Of a DNA stretch of 64,000 nt, positions 48,442-58,461 are shown in pieces. Each line of letters starts with the position of its first letter. Positions within the stretch are counted from its first letter, which is position 1. Both the position numbers and the translations under genes were made by a program. The DNA is from Cenarchaeum sp. (lineage in GTDB: Archaea > Thermoproteota > Nitrososphaeria > Nitrososphaerales > Nitrosopumilaceae). Where the stretch lies: the NCBI GenBank assembly GCA_963693095.2, contig OY843768.1:1760001-1824000 (forward strand), read 5' to 3'. Under the pieces are notes generated by a model. It saw only the letters and a program-made list of their open reading frames with translations. It was not told the origin of the DNA and made no database searches.

Positions 48442-49704
48442 CTAGGAGGGTATCGTTGGGCACGCGGCTCCTGACTGTGCGCGCTCTAGCGCATTCTGCG
48501 CCCTGACTCGCGCTAGTGAGACCTCGCGTTCTGCGATCTCGGGGTCTATCTCGCGTATGACCTGGGGGACATCAGGCACCTGGGGGCTGTCCGGACACCT
48601 CGTCTGGTAGTGGATCGCGTTCACGCGCGCCCACTCGGCGATGCCGGCGGCCATGGGGAGAAGCTTGCCGACCTCGATCTTTGCATAAAGCGCAGACGCA
48701 AAGTCCTCATGTCTGGCACCGGCATCCCAGTGTGCGATGTGCCGCCACAAGTCCCTGATCGCATTACCATGCGCGAGGAGATCCACGATCGCGTCATCAT
48801 CGGCTGTCCCTCCACCGTCAGCCTCCTTTATCGTCGGATATATGTCAAGAAACGCTGCGAGCTCCATGACGACATGCCTTAGATAATGGGACATCTTGAG
48901 GCCTTGTGTGCGGTTCCAGAGCTCTGGCGCCTCGTGTCCCTCTGCATAAAACTTGGCCACGTGCAGGTACTTGTTGATGGCTATGCTCAATCCCCAGTGG
49001 AGCCTGATGAGCTCGGCAATCTGGGGAAGCACAGACGTGCCCATGCCGGCAATATTGAGGCAATGAATGGACGTCTCCTTTTTTTGCCGTTCTATTGCAT
49101 TGGGAAGCGAGCGTGGATTGTCGAGCTCTATCTTCGTATTGTTTACAGTGACCTTGGCGAGTGCAGTTTGGAACACGTCAGGGAGCGCATGGGTTATTCC
49201 GTCAATGAACATGTTAATCATGTTTGCGCACGTAAGAAACGAGTTCTCCCGCATTTGTCCCTCACCCGTGTACATTTCCTGCGTGTCAATCTTGAGACGC
49301 GGTACAGAGTTACGCAGATCCGGCAAGGCATTGATCGTATGGCGTATCCTTTTCTCAATGTTGCCCAAGTGCGCGACGCGCATTTCTTGGGTCGCACCAA
49401 GCTGGACATTAAAATCATTGAGAACCCTGACAAACTTGTGGGCGTGTATGGACATGTGGCGCAATGTCGATATCACGACATACTGACCCAGGTCAGACAT
49501 CTCGGGCGGGGAGCTAATCATGTCCTCAATCTCGAGGTCAAGCAAGAGGCGCAGCTCAAACATGTGGACTGCGGCGCTCTCTAGGTCTGTGAGCGGCTCG
49601 GCGCTAGGTGGGCTGTCAATGTATGCGCTAAACATCTTGTATGGCACAAAGTTGCCGTTCTCCCCTAGTGGCTCGTATGCGTCGTCTAGCCAATAGTCCT
49701 GCAT
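48442..49704 (-). CDS. Unknown ~420-aa protein, divergent member of the M(W/Q)DYW family
   Basis: Shares DYW, FELRLLLD, ENSFL.CA..IN.FIDG, IHC and RVRA.NALER with the four genes at 53.2-59.7 kb. Confidence 0.85.
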   Translation of the reverse strand: MQDYWLDDAYEPLGENGNFVPYKMFSAYIDSPPSAEPLTDLESAAVHMFELRLLLDLEIEDMISSPPEMSDLGQYVVISTLRHMSIHAHKFVRVLNDFNVQLGATQEMRVAHLGNIEKRIRHTINALPDLRNSVPRLKIDTQEMYTGEGQMRENSFLTCANMINMFIDGITHALPDVFQTALAKVTVNNTKIELDNPRSLPNAIERQKKETSIHCLNIAGMGTSVLPQIAELIRLHWGLSIAINKYLHVAKFYAEGHEAPELWNRTQGLKMSHYLRHVVMELAAFLDIYPTIKEADGGGTADDDAIVDLLAHGNAIRDLWRHIAHWDAGARHEDFASALYAKIEVGKLLPMAAGIAEWARVNAIHYQTRCPDSPQVPDVPQVIREIDPEIAEREVSLARVRAQNALERAQSGAACPTIPS

Positions 49705-51197
49705 GGCCTAGAGCACCTCTGGCGTGTTCCCGCCTGCCGGGATGATGCCTCTCATGTTGGTCAGACAGTTGTCAGGCGTGTTATATCGCTTTCTGCGTGT
49801 TTCGGTTAGCGAGCCTTTCTAGCTATTATCTCCCGAATATTGTTGACTATGCCAGGAATGTCCTCTTTGGACATGACGGTTGATCGGAGATCGCCGTTAT
49901 AATAGTGACCACGATCTGAAATGTCTTCAACAGCTTTTGATAACGGAATTACGCCGTCTGTTATTTTACAATTGTATGTCACGTATATTTTATTATTAAG
50001 CGCCTCTATTCCACATATTCCTATGCTGTTTATGCCATTTTTAGAAATTATCCTAAAAGCTCCGTATACGTTTGTCATGTGGAATTTTAGACGGCTGTCA
50101 ACATTCAGGATTTCTTCCTTGAGTGCATACCATAAATCTTGAATGTCTTTTTCTCCAAGGTGTTCTAATTCTTTTTCTGTATCTGCGCCACTGCCGTCAT
50201 CATGTGGAATCCCGTATCCCGCAGGACACTTCCATAGTCTAACGGCCTGTTCAGCAAGATTCTTGGCTCGGTCTCTGATCCTCTCTTCATTCCAATAATC
50301 TCCCTCTGTTAGGCTTACGCTAATGTTTAGTTTACTATCTTTATAGACACGTTGTTTTTCTTTAAACGTCATATTGCCTAGTTCCTGATTGTGCCCTGTC
50401 AGTGTAAGATTGCCGATCGTATCCTTGTATTGCTCATGTATGCTTTCCCAGCTCTCTCCTAGGCTTGCTTTCCATTTGTCGGTGAGTGTATTTGGCATGA
50501 CATGTTCTATTTGCAAATCGCTTGTTGAGACTCTTTCTTTGGAATTTTGGTGCTCTAGCCGCTCAAGCACATACTTGCAAACATCGGGTCGGATATAAAT
50601 TTGAAAAGTTAGCAGCTTTCCTTTGAATGCTGGGTCACGCGGAAACGGAGAATCCTTGTTTTTGTTCATGATCGCCTTTTCGATGCTTTTGACATAATTA
50701 TCGCCGTCAATGACTGACAATAACTGAGGAAATATTTTGTTCAACCCTTTGTCGGTTTCACACACCTTGCAGCGAAGCAAATAACTGTCCACAAATTGGA
50801 AAATGTCTATAACGTCTTTTTCATTTATTTCATTACTTGCATGATCTGCTAGTATCTTAAGTAACAACGGATTTGCGACATCCGCGTTATAGCTGCGTAT
50901 GTTTCTGATGCATTTGCCTATGGCAGACGGATCACTCTTTGGATGTATTAGCCGATCATAGTGCTTTGCATACTGGCTTATTCTTTTAATTTCAGCTTCT
51001 ATATTGTGCTCGTTGACATATTTCTTGAATTCTGCATATGTGTTGTTTTTTGATAAATGTGTTTTCTTTTGCACCATCAGATAATATTGGAAAAACTTAT
51101 CCATTTCTTTCTCACTAACAAAAAGTTTTTCTGTAGGTTCCCAATAATTCTTGTAGATTTCTTTTTGTTTATCAATGTCATGACTCATCAAAACATA

Positions 51198-52297
51198 TAC
51201 TGACGAGCAAAAGTTCGTGCCATGATCAAACTTTCCCGACCCGCATGCTATATGGATCGCCCCTCCCCACGCCCTGCATGGAAGGCCAAGAGCTGGAAGC
51301 GTTCCGCAGGGCACTCCGCGACGAGAGGGACGGCGACGTCAGGTACAGGTTTGCCGCGGTCAACATGCACGAGAACCTGGGGATGACGCGCGAGGAGGTC
51401 GCACTTGCGCTCGTGCAGTGCCCCAGGTGGGTCGGCAAGTGGGTCGCGCGCTACCGGAGTGGCGGTGTCGAGGCCCTGCGGGACCGCCCCCGCCCCGGCA
51501 GGCCGCCGCTGGTCGCGCGGCAGAAGCTTGGCCGCCTGATTGGCCGAATGCCCGGGCGCGTCACGCCCGCAGAGGTCATGCTGGAGATCGAGCGGGCCAC
51601 CGGCGTGAGGTTCCACATGTCGCACGTCAGGAAAATAATGCGCAGGGCCGGCCTCTCCGCCAAGCGGACGCGCCTGGTGCACGTGAACAGGGCCGACGGG
51701 CCGACTGTCGCCGGCTGGCGGCGCCGGGTGCGGCGCGAGATAAGGCGCCTCAGGCGCGCGGGATTCACCATCGTAGTGCAGGACGAGACCATCGCCGTGC
51801 ACGGCGCAGCCGACGGATCAAAGTACTGGTCGCGCGTGGGCGTCCCCGTCGTCGCCCCGTACACCGGGGGACACAGGAGGGTCGTGGTGTACGGCGCGAT
51901 CTCCACTGACGGGAAGCAGATCTTCCGGGTGCACGACAGGTTCGATGCGGAGACGTTTGTCGCGTTCCTGCGCGACATGCACAGGAAGTTCGGCAGGGTC
52001 GCCGTGATCGTCGACAGGGCGCCGCAGCACAGGGCCGCGGCGGTGAAGGACTATCTTCGCGCCCACAGGGCGGTGAGGCTGATCGAGCTGCCCACCGGCT
52101 CGCCGTACCTCAACGCGATCGAGGAGGTGTGGCGGCAGGCAAAGCGGGCGCTGCTGGTCTCCGAGCACTACCCCACCATGGTGGATATGCGGACGGCGGT
52201 GTCACGGCACTTCAGGCACACGAGGTACCGGCTCGACGTGATGGCATACCTGGGCCGGACGTCGCTGGAATGCGGCACGGACTTTTGATCGGCAGTA
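51198..52297 (+). mobile_element. IS630-family insertion sequence, type A copy 2 (1100 bp)
   Basis: Same IRs as 20074-21173; TA duplication. Confidence 0.93.
51245..52288 (+). CDS. IS630 transposase
   Basis: About 19 aa differences from the 20083-21126 transposase (manual count). Confidence 0.93.
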   Translation: MLYGSPLPTPCMEGQELEAFRRALRDERDGDVRYRFAAVNMHENLGMTREEVALALVQCPRWVGKWVARYRSGGVEALRDRPRPGRPPLVARQKLGRLIGRMPGRVTPAEVMLEIERATGVRFHMSHVRKIMRRAGLSAKRTRLVHVNRADGPTVAGWRRRVRREIRRLRRAGFTIVVQDETIAVHGAADGSKYWSRVGVPVVAPYTGGHRRVVVYGAISTDGKQIFRVHDRFDAETFVAFLRDMHRKFGRVAVIVDRAPQHRAAAVKDYLRAHRAVRLIELPTGSPYLNAIEEVWRQAKRALLVSEHYPTMVDMRTAVSRHFRHTRYRLDVMAYLGRTSLECGTDF

Positions 52298-52967
52298 TAG
52301 TTTCTTATTAAATCAGTTACATATAGATCCATTCCTGTGGAATTCATGCTTTCAAATATTGCTTGCGGGTCATCATCATTTGTTTCTATGAGTATAGACA
52401 CGGCAGTAAGCTTGCAAAACCCTCGCCAGATTATGTCGAGATTGTTTTTATTCATTTTCGCGTCTCTTTCTATCATCTCTTTTAGATAGTTAAAATTCGT
52501 TGCAACCCCATTCACTTCGTCTGTTTCTCCTTTGTCAATTATGGCTTGTAGAGTCACATTGTCTTTTTTAGACGCTATCAGTTTGTAATGCTCTTCTCCT
52601 TGTTCTGACTCGTTAAGCAAAACCTGCTTAATTTTATTGGTCAATTTTGTATCTGTGTTACCAAGTGAATGCATTAGAGTTGCTAAAAGTATCTGCAAAG
52701 TTATGAGCCGTTGCTGCCCATCGATTATCTGGTACTTGTGAATCTCCTCTGCACGAGTTGCAACGCCGACATATGTTATTGCTCCAATAAAATGATTCTT
52801 GCCGCCTTCACTTGCTCCGGCCTTTTTTATATCATTGTACAGCTGCACGCAATGCTTTCTTTCCCATTCGTATGACCGTTGATAAAGTGGAATGCTAAAC
52901 TGTACCTCATGATCCAAAAATGCCTTTAACGTGGTATTTCTTGCTTCCATTGCGTCTAGCCCTGTGC

Positions 52968-52986
52968 GGGGGGGGGGGTATATTTA
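52968..52986 (-). promoter_or_regulatory. TATA-like box followed by a C11 homopolymer upstream of the GmrSD gene
   Basis: Minus strand TAAATATA-C11-17 nt-ATG. Confidence 0.55.
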
Positions 52987-53242
52987 CTATTCCCTAAAAT
53001 CCGCTCTGGGCGCCCATGGTATTTCTAATGTGCGTACTAGGCACGGATGCGCCATTTCAACGTCACTGAATAGATGTGCCTGACGTACAATAGTTTGGTT
53101 TACCCTCACAAAAATCATATAGTACAGCAGTCAATCTCTGCGTGACAATGGGGCACACTAGCATACCGTCTCATATGCGCCGAACGGCGCAACGGCCGAA
53201 AACAGATTCTAGGCTAGCGCCCAACCGTGGTGTTCATACATA

Positions 53243-54511
53243 ATGTGGGACTATTGGCTTGATGAACAGCACGGCGGGTGCGATCCCGGCTGCGCCTCGC
53301 CACTGCATAGGGTCTATGCGGCCCACATGGACTCGTCCTCGCCTCGCGGACAGCTGACAGGGCTTGACAGGACACTCGTCTCGCTATTTGAGCTTCGCGT
53401 CTCCCTAGACATCGTTTTAGAGGAGACGACGAACCTCACGTTGAGCACGTCTGATGAGGATCATCACCTGATAAAGTCGGGATTCCAGTACATGGCACTT
53501 GACTTTCACAAGTTTAGCGGACTGCACAAGCGTCTCGTCGGCCATCTTGATGAGCGAGAAAGACTCTCCGTCTCACACCTGTCTCCAATTTTAGAAGAAG
53601 TGCATAAACTCACATCTGGCATGCAAGACCTGAGCCATGACGTTGTTCATCCCGGCAGTGGCCTGTTTGGGGTTCTAGACGAGCTTGATGCCAACGGCGT
53701 GCCATTAAAATCAGCCCCGGAAAACTCGTTTCTCGTTTGCGCCCACCTGATCAACACGTTCATTGACGGGCTAATGCACGCAATGCCCGGCCAGTTCTGC
53801 GCAGCCCTGTCCAAGATTCCCTCAGACATGCCGATCAGGCTGTATGACCATAGCGGGATTTCTGATAGGGTGGATGCATATATTGCGCAACACCCCGTGC
53901 GCTGTGTTGACTATGGTCAGCTGAAAGACGGCTCGCGCCACATTGCGTCTGAGCTGGTTCGGGTTCGTTGGGCACTGCATGACGCATTGGGAAGGCACAA
54001 GCTGCAAAACGACGTCCTGTCAGGGGATAACCAGCTCTCGCCCCTGTGGAATCGCCTAGAGCGCCACAAGATACTCAACTGTGTAAAGCAGATGGTCATC
54101 GAACTCTGCATCCTTTTAGTCCTGCATGACAAGATGCGCAGCGCAAGCCCCGCGCCGCCGGCCGATGACGCCATTATTGGAGATCTCTTGGCTCACAGGG
54201 GTGCCATTGGGCGGCTCCGGGATCTAGCCGTGCTCCAGAACGGCGATGCCGACGGCGAGCCGTTCTCTGCAGTGCTCGAGGAGACGCTTGGCTATGATCA
54301 GCTGATCCTCCTGGTGTCTGCGGCCTCGGAATGGGCTCGCATAAACGTCAATCATTACAGGGAACGATGTGCCGAATCTGCGCAGATACCCGACCTGCCT
54401 GCCCCCGTTCGCCGACTTGACTTTCTGGCCGCCGAGCGTGACGCTGCGCTATATCGCGTGAGGGCGCACAATGCGCTTGAGCGGCTCAAGATTCCGGCGA
54501 TGGTCAGCTAG
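53243..54511 (+). CDS. MWDYW-family unknown protein, paralogue 1
   Basis: 422 aa; clear homology to neighbours. Confidence 0.88.
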   Translation: MWDYWLDEQHGGCDPGCASPLHRVYAAHMDSSSPRGQLTGLDRTLVSLFELRVSLDIVLEETTNLTLSTSDEDHHLIKSGFQYMALDFHKFSGLHKRLVGHLDERERLSVSHLSPILEEVHKLTSGMQDLSHDVVHPGSGLFGVLDELDANGVPLKSAPENSFLVCAHLINTFIDGLMHAMPGQFCAALSKIPSDMPIRLYDHSGISDRVDAYIAQHPVRCVDYGQLKDGSRHIASELVRVRWALHDALGRHKLQNDVLSGDNQLSPLWNRLERHKILNCVKQMVIELCILLVLHDKMRSASPAPPADDAIIGDLLAHRGAIGRLRDLAVLQNGDADGEPFSAVLEETLGYDQLILLVSAASEWARINVNHYRERCAESAQIPDLPAPVRRLDFLAAERDAALYRVRAHNALERLKIPAMVS

Positions 54512-54613
54512 CGGCCAGGGCCGCCGCGCACTAGGACGCCATGACTTTTTAGCCACTCCAGTCGCACGCGCCGCCGTGATCGCGCACTGGTGGGACGCCG
54601 GAGGCTGTCCATA

Positions 54614-55897
54614 ATGTGGGACTATTGGTTTGACGACTCACCGGGCGAGTGCGATTCGGAGTGTGGTCCAAAGTGCATCTCGCCCATACACCGGACATAT
54701 GCCGCATACATGGCGCCACAGCCAGTCCCGGAGCCGCTGAATGTCCTAGACGCCACACTCGTCCGCATGTTCGACCTCCGCATTGCGCTTGACTTTGTCT
54801 TGAGCGACACGATCAACCTCACATGGAGCTCGTCTGACAGGGGTCACTACCTGATAAGGTCGAGGCTTCAGTACATGGCCCTTGACTTTCACACATTTGG
54901 TGACATGGCCGATGGCCTAGTTGAGCAGCTCGACGAGGCTAGACGAAACTCGATCTCGCACCTCCTCCCCGTCCTGCATAGGGCGCACGAGCTCGCATCT
55001 GGGATGCCAGACATGCGCCGCAAGGCTGTGCGTCCTGGCATTGGGCTGTTTGGAGACGTAAACCGGCCCAACGGCAACGAGTACGTGCCCCCATTCGCCG
55101 ACGAGGAGTCGTTTCTTGTGTGCGCAAACCTGGCACTCACGTTCATCGACGGACTCTTGTACGCGATTCCCGACACGTTCTGCTCGGCGTTATCCAAGAT
55201 CCCGCCCAACGGCTCTACGGTCAGTCCGTGTGACCATGACTCGATCTCAAAAGAGTCGTCCTCGTATATGGAAAAAAATCCCATACACTGTGTTGACTTT
55301 GACCGGATGGGCAAGGACGCGCCACGTGTGGCCACAGAGCTTATCAGGGTCAGGTGGGCACTGCGGTCAGCCCTTGACAGGCACAAGTTGGCGTGCATTG
55401 ACATTGCGCTTCCAAACCGCATGTCGCGGCTGTGGAACACGCTCCTGCGCCCAAAGCTGGTGCTTTGCGCAAAGCAGGTCATAATAGAGCTCCACACGCT
55501 TCTTGCCCTATATGACACGATGCGCAGCGCGGGCTGCACGCCATCTCTGGATGACGCCATTGTCGGGAACTTGCTAGAACATAGAGATGCAATCACACGC
55601 CTGCGCAACACGGCAGTCAGCCGGGACGATGCTGCGGACTATGAGCCGTTCTTTGACCTGATCGAGCGCGAGATTGGCCACGAGAGGCTGATCCTCCTCG
55701 CGTCTGTGGCCCACGAGTGGATCCTGGCAAACTCCAACCACTATCAGGAGAGATGCGCCGGATATGCGCTAGTGCCCGACCTGCCCGACATGACTAGGCG
55801 CATCGACTTTTTGGAGGCTGCGCGCAAGGCCTCGTTCTACCGCGTAAAGGCCAAAAATGCGCTCGATCGCGTCAAGATTCCTGCTATGGCCCACTAG
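54614..55897 (+). CDS. MWDYW-family unknown protein, paralogue 2
   Basis: Start set at ATG 54614 by homology. Confidence 0.88.
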   Translation: MWDYWFDDSPGECDSECGPKCISPIHRTYAAYMAPQPVPEPLNVLDATLVRMFDLRIALDFVLSDTINLTWSSSDRGHYLIRSRLQYMALDFHTFGDMADGLVEQLDEARRNSISHLLPVLHRAHELASGMPDMRRKAVRPGIGLFGDVNRPNGNEYVPPFADEESFLVCANLALTFIDGLLYAIPDTFCSALSKIPPNGSTVSPCDHDSISKESSSYMEKNPIHCVDFDRMGKDAPRVATELIRVRWALRSALDRHKLACIDIALPNRMSRLWNTLLRPKLVLCAKQVIIELHTLLALYDTMRSAGCTPSLDDAIVGNLLEHRDAITRLRNTAVSRDDAADYEPFFDLIEREIGHERLILLASVAHEWILANSNHYQERCAGYALVPDLPDMTRRIDFLEAARKASFYRVKAKNALDRVKIPAMAH

Positions 55898-56257
55898 AGG
55901 CCAGGGTCGCCGCACCCGCATGTATGGGGCCGGCACCCTTGCTCATTTGGCCATAGGCGTGATCCTATCGATCTACTTGCCACTTCGGTGCCTGTTTAGG
56001 CATGAACGGGCAGAGGCGTTGACCTCATACATTTCAGTCCATCTGATGCCTAAAATGATCCTCTGTTAGTCTCTTCGCATGTGTGTAATTTGAGAGCTGA
56101 TCTGCATATTCCTGCTACGTGAGGAGATACACACTTCGCGCTGTCACTGAATTTTTATGGTGAATGTTCGCGGCAGATTTTCAAGATACGTTCCACTAGT
56201 CATGTGGTGTGCCTAAACCCGTTATTCTCAGGCGTTGGAGTGGAATGCAAGGGCTGA

Positions 56258-56800
56258 CTATGATGTCTGTGATCTTTCCTTGCCGATCTTTTTCCAGAGG
56301 ACGTATTGTGGTTCATTCAAAAATATACTTATCATCTCTTCTGTGCATGTCTTGGCGGTACGGAGTGTGTTTTTGAGACTATTTGTGCTATAGTTTACCG
56401 GCCACTCGTAATTCCCAGTCACCCCACTTGGTGTTATGCTGTCTATGCAGTGCGCTAGGTTGTTTCGCACTTCTCTTGCCTCTCCCACCTTTGCCAGATA
56501 CGTGTTAATGCCCTTGTGCTTGAGCTGCCTTCTAATACCATTGTATAGTTTCCTCCTACTCATATTGTGTACCTTGAGGACAGTCTTTTCACGTGCTTCT
56601 CCGTGCATGTTCGTAGGTGATTCTGTCTCGGTGGATGCAATATATGCGGCAATCTCGTGGTCTATTCGGCTGACGACGAGTATTATCTCCATGACAACCT
56701 CGAGTGTATGGCATTGCCCGTCCCTGTGCTTCTGACGGGCTCCTTTCTCGCCCATTGATCGCTCTTTCTCGTTCATGCCCTGCGCAACTCCACTGCCCAT
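56258..56800 (-). CDS. Putative HEPN-domain protein
   Basis: Helical protein with RNNLAH (Rx4H) motif; lower GC; start uncertain. Confidence 0.55.
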   Translation of the reverse strand: MGSGVAQGMNEKERSMGEKGARQKHRDGQCHTLEVVMEIILVVSRIDHEIAAYIASTETESPTNMHGEAREKTVLKVHNMSRRKLYNGIRRQLKHKGINTYLAKVGEAREVRNNLAHCIDSITPSGVTGNYEWPVNYSTNSLKNTLRTAKTCTEEMISIFLNEPQYVLWKKIGKERSQTS

Positions 56801-57087
56801 TCATGGGATTGGATCTAGTTAAGTATTTTTGATCGCAGTTGTGGGGACTTGCACACTGCGCGTTGGGCGTGCCTCTCACGCCTTCAACACGTTAGCGATT
56901 CCTTATGTGTTCTTGGACAGTGCTGAGGGGCGCAGATCGCAATTTGCCACAGAAAAATATATAAGGTATTAACCAACTTCTGCGCAGCAATGAACTGCAT
57001 GACGTGGGGCTCTGCAGAGTCTGACTCGGACAACGGCTCGTGGACTGATGCCTTGATTCTGCCCGCCATCTTGGGGAGCTGTCCATA

Positions 57088-58359
57088 ATGTGGGACTATT
57101 GGTTTGATGAGCCACACGGCGGATGCGAGCCTGACTGCGCCTCGCCACTGCACAGGGTCTATGCGGCATACATGGACTCGCCATCACTTCAAAAGCCGCC
57201 AACAGAGCTTGACAGGACACTCGCCCACATGTTTGAGCTTCGCCTCCTCCTGGACCTTGTCCTAGAGGACACGAGGCACCTTGAGCTGACCACGTCTGAT
57301 AAGGATCACCACCTGATCAAGTCGAGATTCCAGTACATGGCACTTGACTTTCACAAGTTTGACAAATTGCATGGCCTTCTAGCCAACCAGCTGGATGAGG
57401 AGCAGAGAGCCTCCATCTCACACCTGTCTCCAATTTTAGACAAGGTACGTGAACTCACGTCTGATATGCCAAACCTGCGCCATAAGGTTGTGCGTCCCGG
57501 CAGTGGCCTGTTTGGGGTTCTAGACACGCTCGATGCCAATGGCCTTCCGGTAAAATGCGCCCCGGAGAACTCGTTTCTCGTTTGCGCCCACCTGATCAAC
57601 ACATTCATTGACGGACTATTGCACGCAATGCCTGACATGTTCCGTCTTGCATTCTCCAAGCTCGCCCCAAACGACATTTCTGTCGAGCTGTATGACTATG
57701 GATCGTTTCAGGACAAGGTATCCTCATACTTGAAAAAGAACCCTATACACTGTATTGACTTTGACAGTGTGGGTGCTGCCGCACCCCCCATCGCCTCAGA
57801 GATGATCAGGCTGGGCTGGGCACTCCCGGCAATTCTTGGCATGCATCAACTAACCATCCTTCTTCAGAGCGTGCCCCATAAAATGTCACAGTTGTGGATC
57901 AGGCTCCAGCACCAACGAATCACGCTTTATGCCAAGCAAATGGTCATAGAGCTCCATGTCCTTATTGCCCTGTATGACAAAATGTGCGCGGCAGGCCACA
58001 CTTTACTGACAGATGGCGCGATTGTCAAGGATCTCCTGGCTCACAGGGATGCCATTGGGCGGCTCCGGGACATGGCAGTGCTCCAGAACGGCGATGCGGG
58101 CAGTGGGCAGTTCTCTGAGGCACTCGAGCGAGATATTGGCCATGGGCGGCTTCTTCTCCTGGCCTCAGTCGCCTCAGAGTGGGTACGGAGCAACGCCGCC
58201 CATTATCGGGAGACGTGCAAGGGGTCTGCGCAGATACCTGACCTGCCTGACCCCGTTAGCCGACTTGACTTTCTAGCCGCCGAGAGTGACGCTGCGATAT
58301 ATCGCGCGAGGGCGCACAATGCGCTCGAGCGCCTCAAGATTCCGGCTATGGTCAGCTAG
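57088..58359 (+). CDS. MWDYW-family unknown protein, paralogue 3
   Basis: 423 aa; near-identical to paralogue 4. Confidence 0.88.
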   Translation: MWDYWFDEPHGGCEPDCASPLHRVYAAYMDSPSLQKPPTELDRTLAHMFELRLLLDLVLEDTRHLELTTSDKDHHLIKSRFQYMALDFHKFDKLHGLLANQLDEEQRASISHLSPILDKVRELTSDMPNLRHKVVRPGSGLFGVLDTLDANGLPVKCAPENSFLVCAHLINTFIDGLLHAMPDMFRLAFSKLAPNDISVELYDYGSFQDKVSSYLKKNPIHCIDFDSVGAAAPPIASEMIRLGWALPAILGMHQLTILLQSVPHKMSQLWIRLQHQRITLYAKQMVIELHVLIALYDKMCAAGHTLLTDGAIVKDLLAHRDAIGRLRDMAVLQNGDAGSGQFSEALERDIGHGRLLLLASVASEWVRSNAAHYRETCKGSAQIPDLPDPVSRLDFLAAESDAAIYRARAHNALERLKIPAMVS

Positions 58360-58461
58360 CGGCCAGGGCCGCCGCGCACTAGGACGCCATGATTTTTTAG
58401 CCACTGTCGGCGCACCCACCGCCATGATCGCGCGCGGGCGGGACGCCGGAGGCTGTTCCTA

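Larger units (their letters stand above)
49806..52950 (-). pseudogene. GmrSD-type (DUF262 + DUF1524) modification-dependent restriction protein split by IS630 (680 aa when rejoined)
   Basis: IPLYQRSYEW, IIDGQQRL, IFESMNSTG; IEHVMP, IGNLTL..N..N. Removing the IS restores DLIRNYVLMS in frame. Confidence 0.88.
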
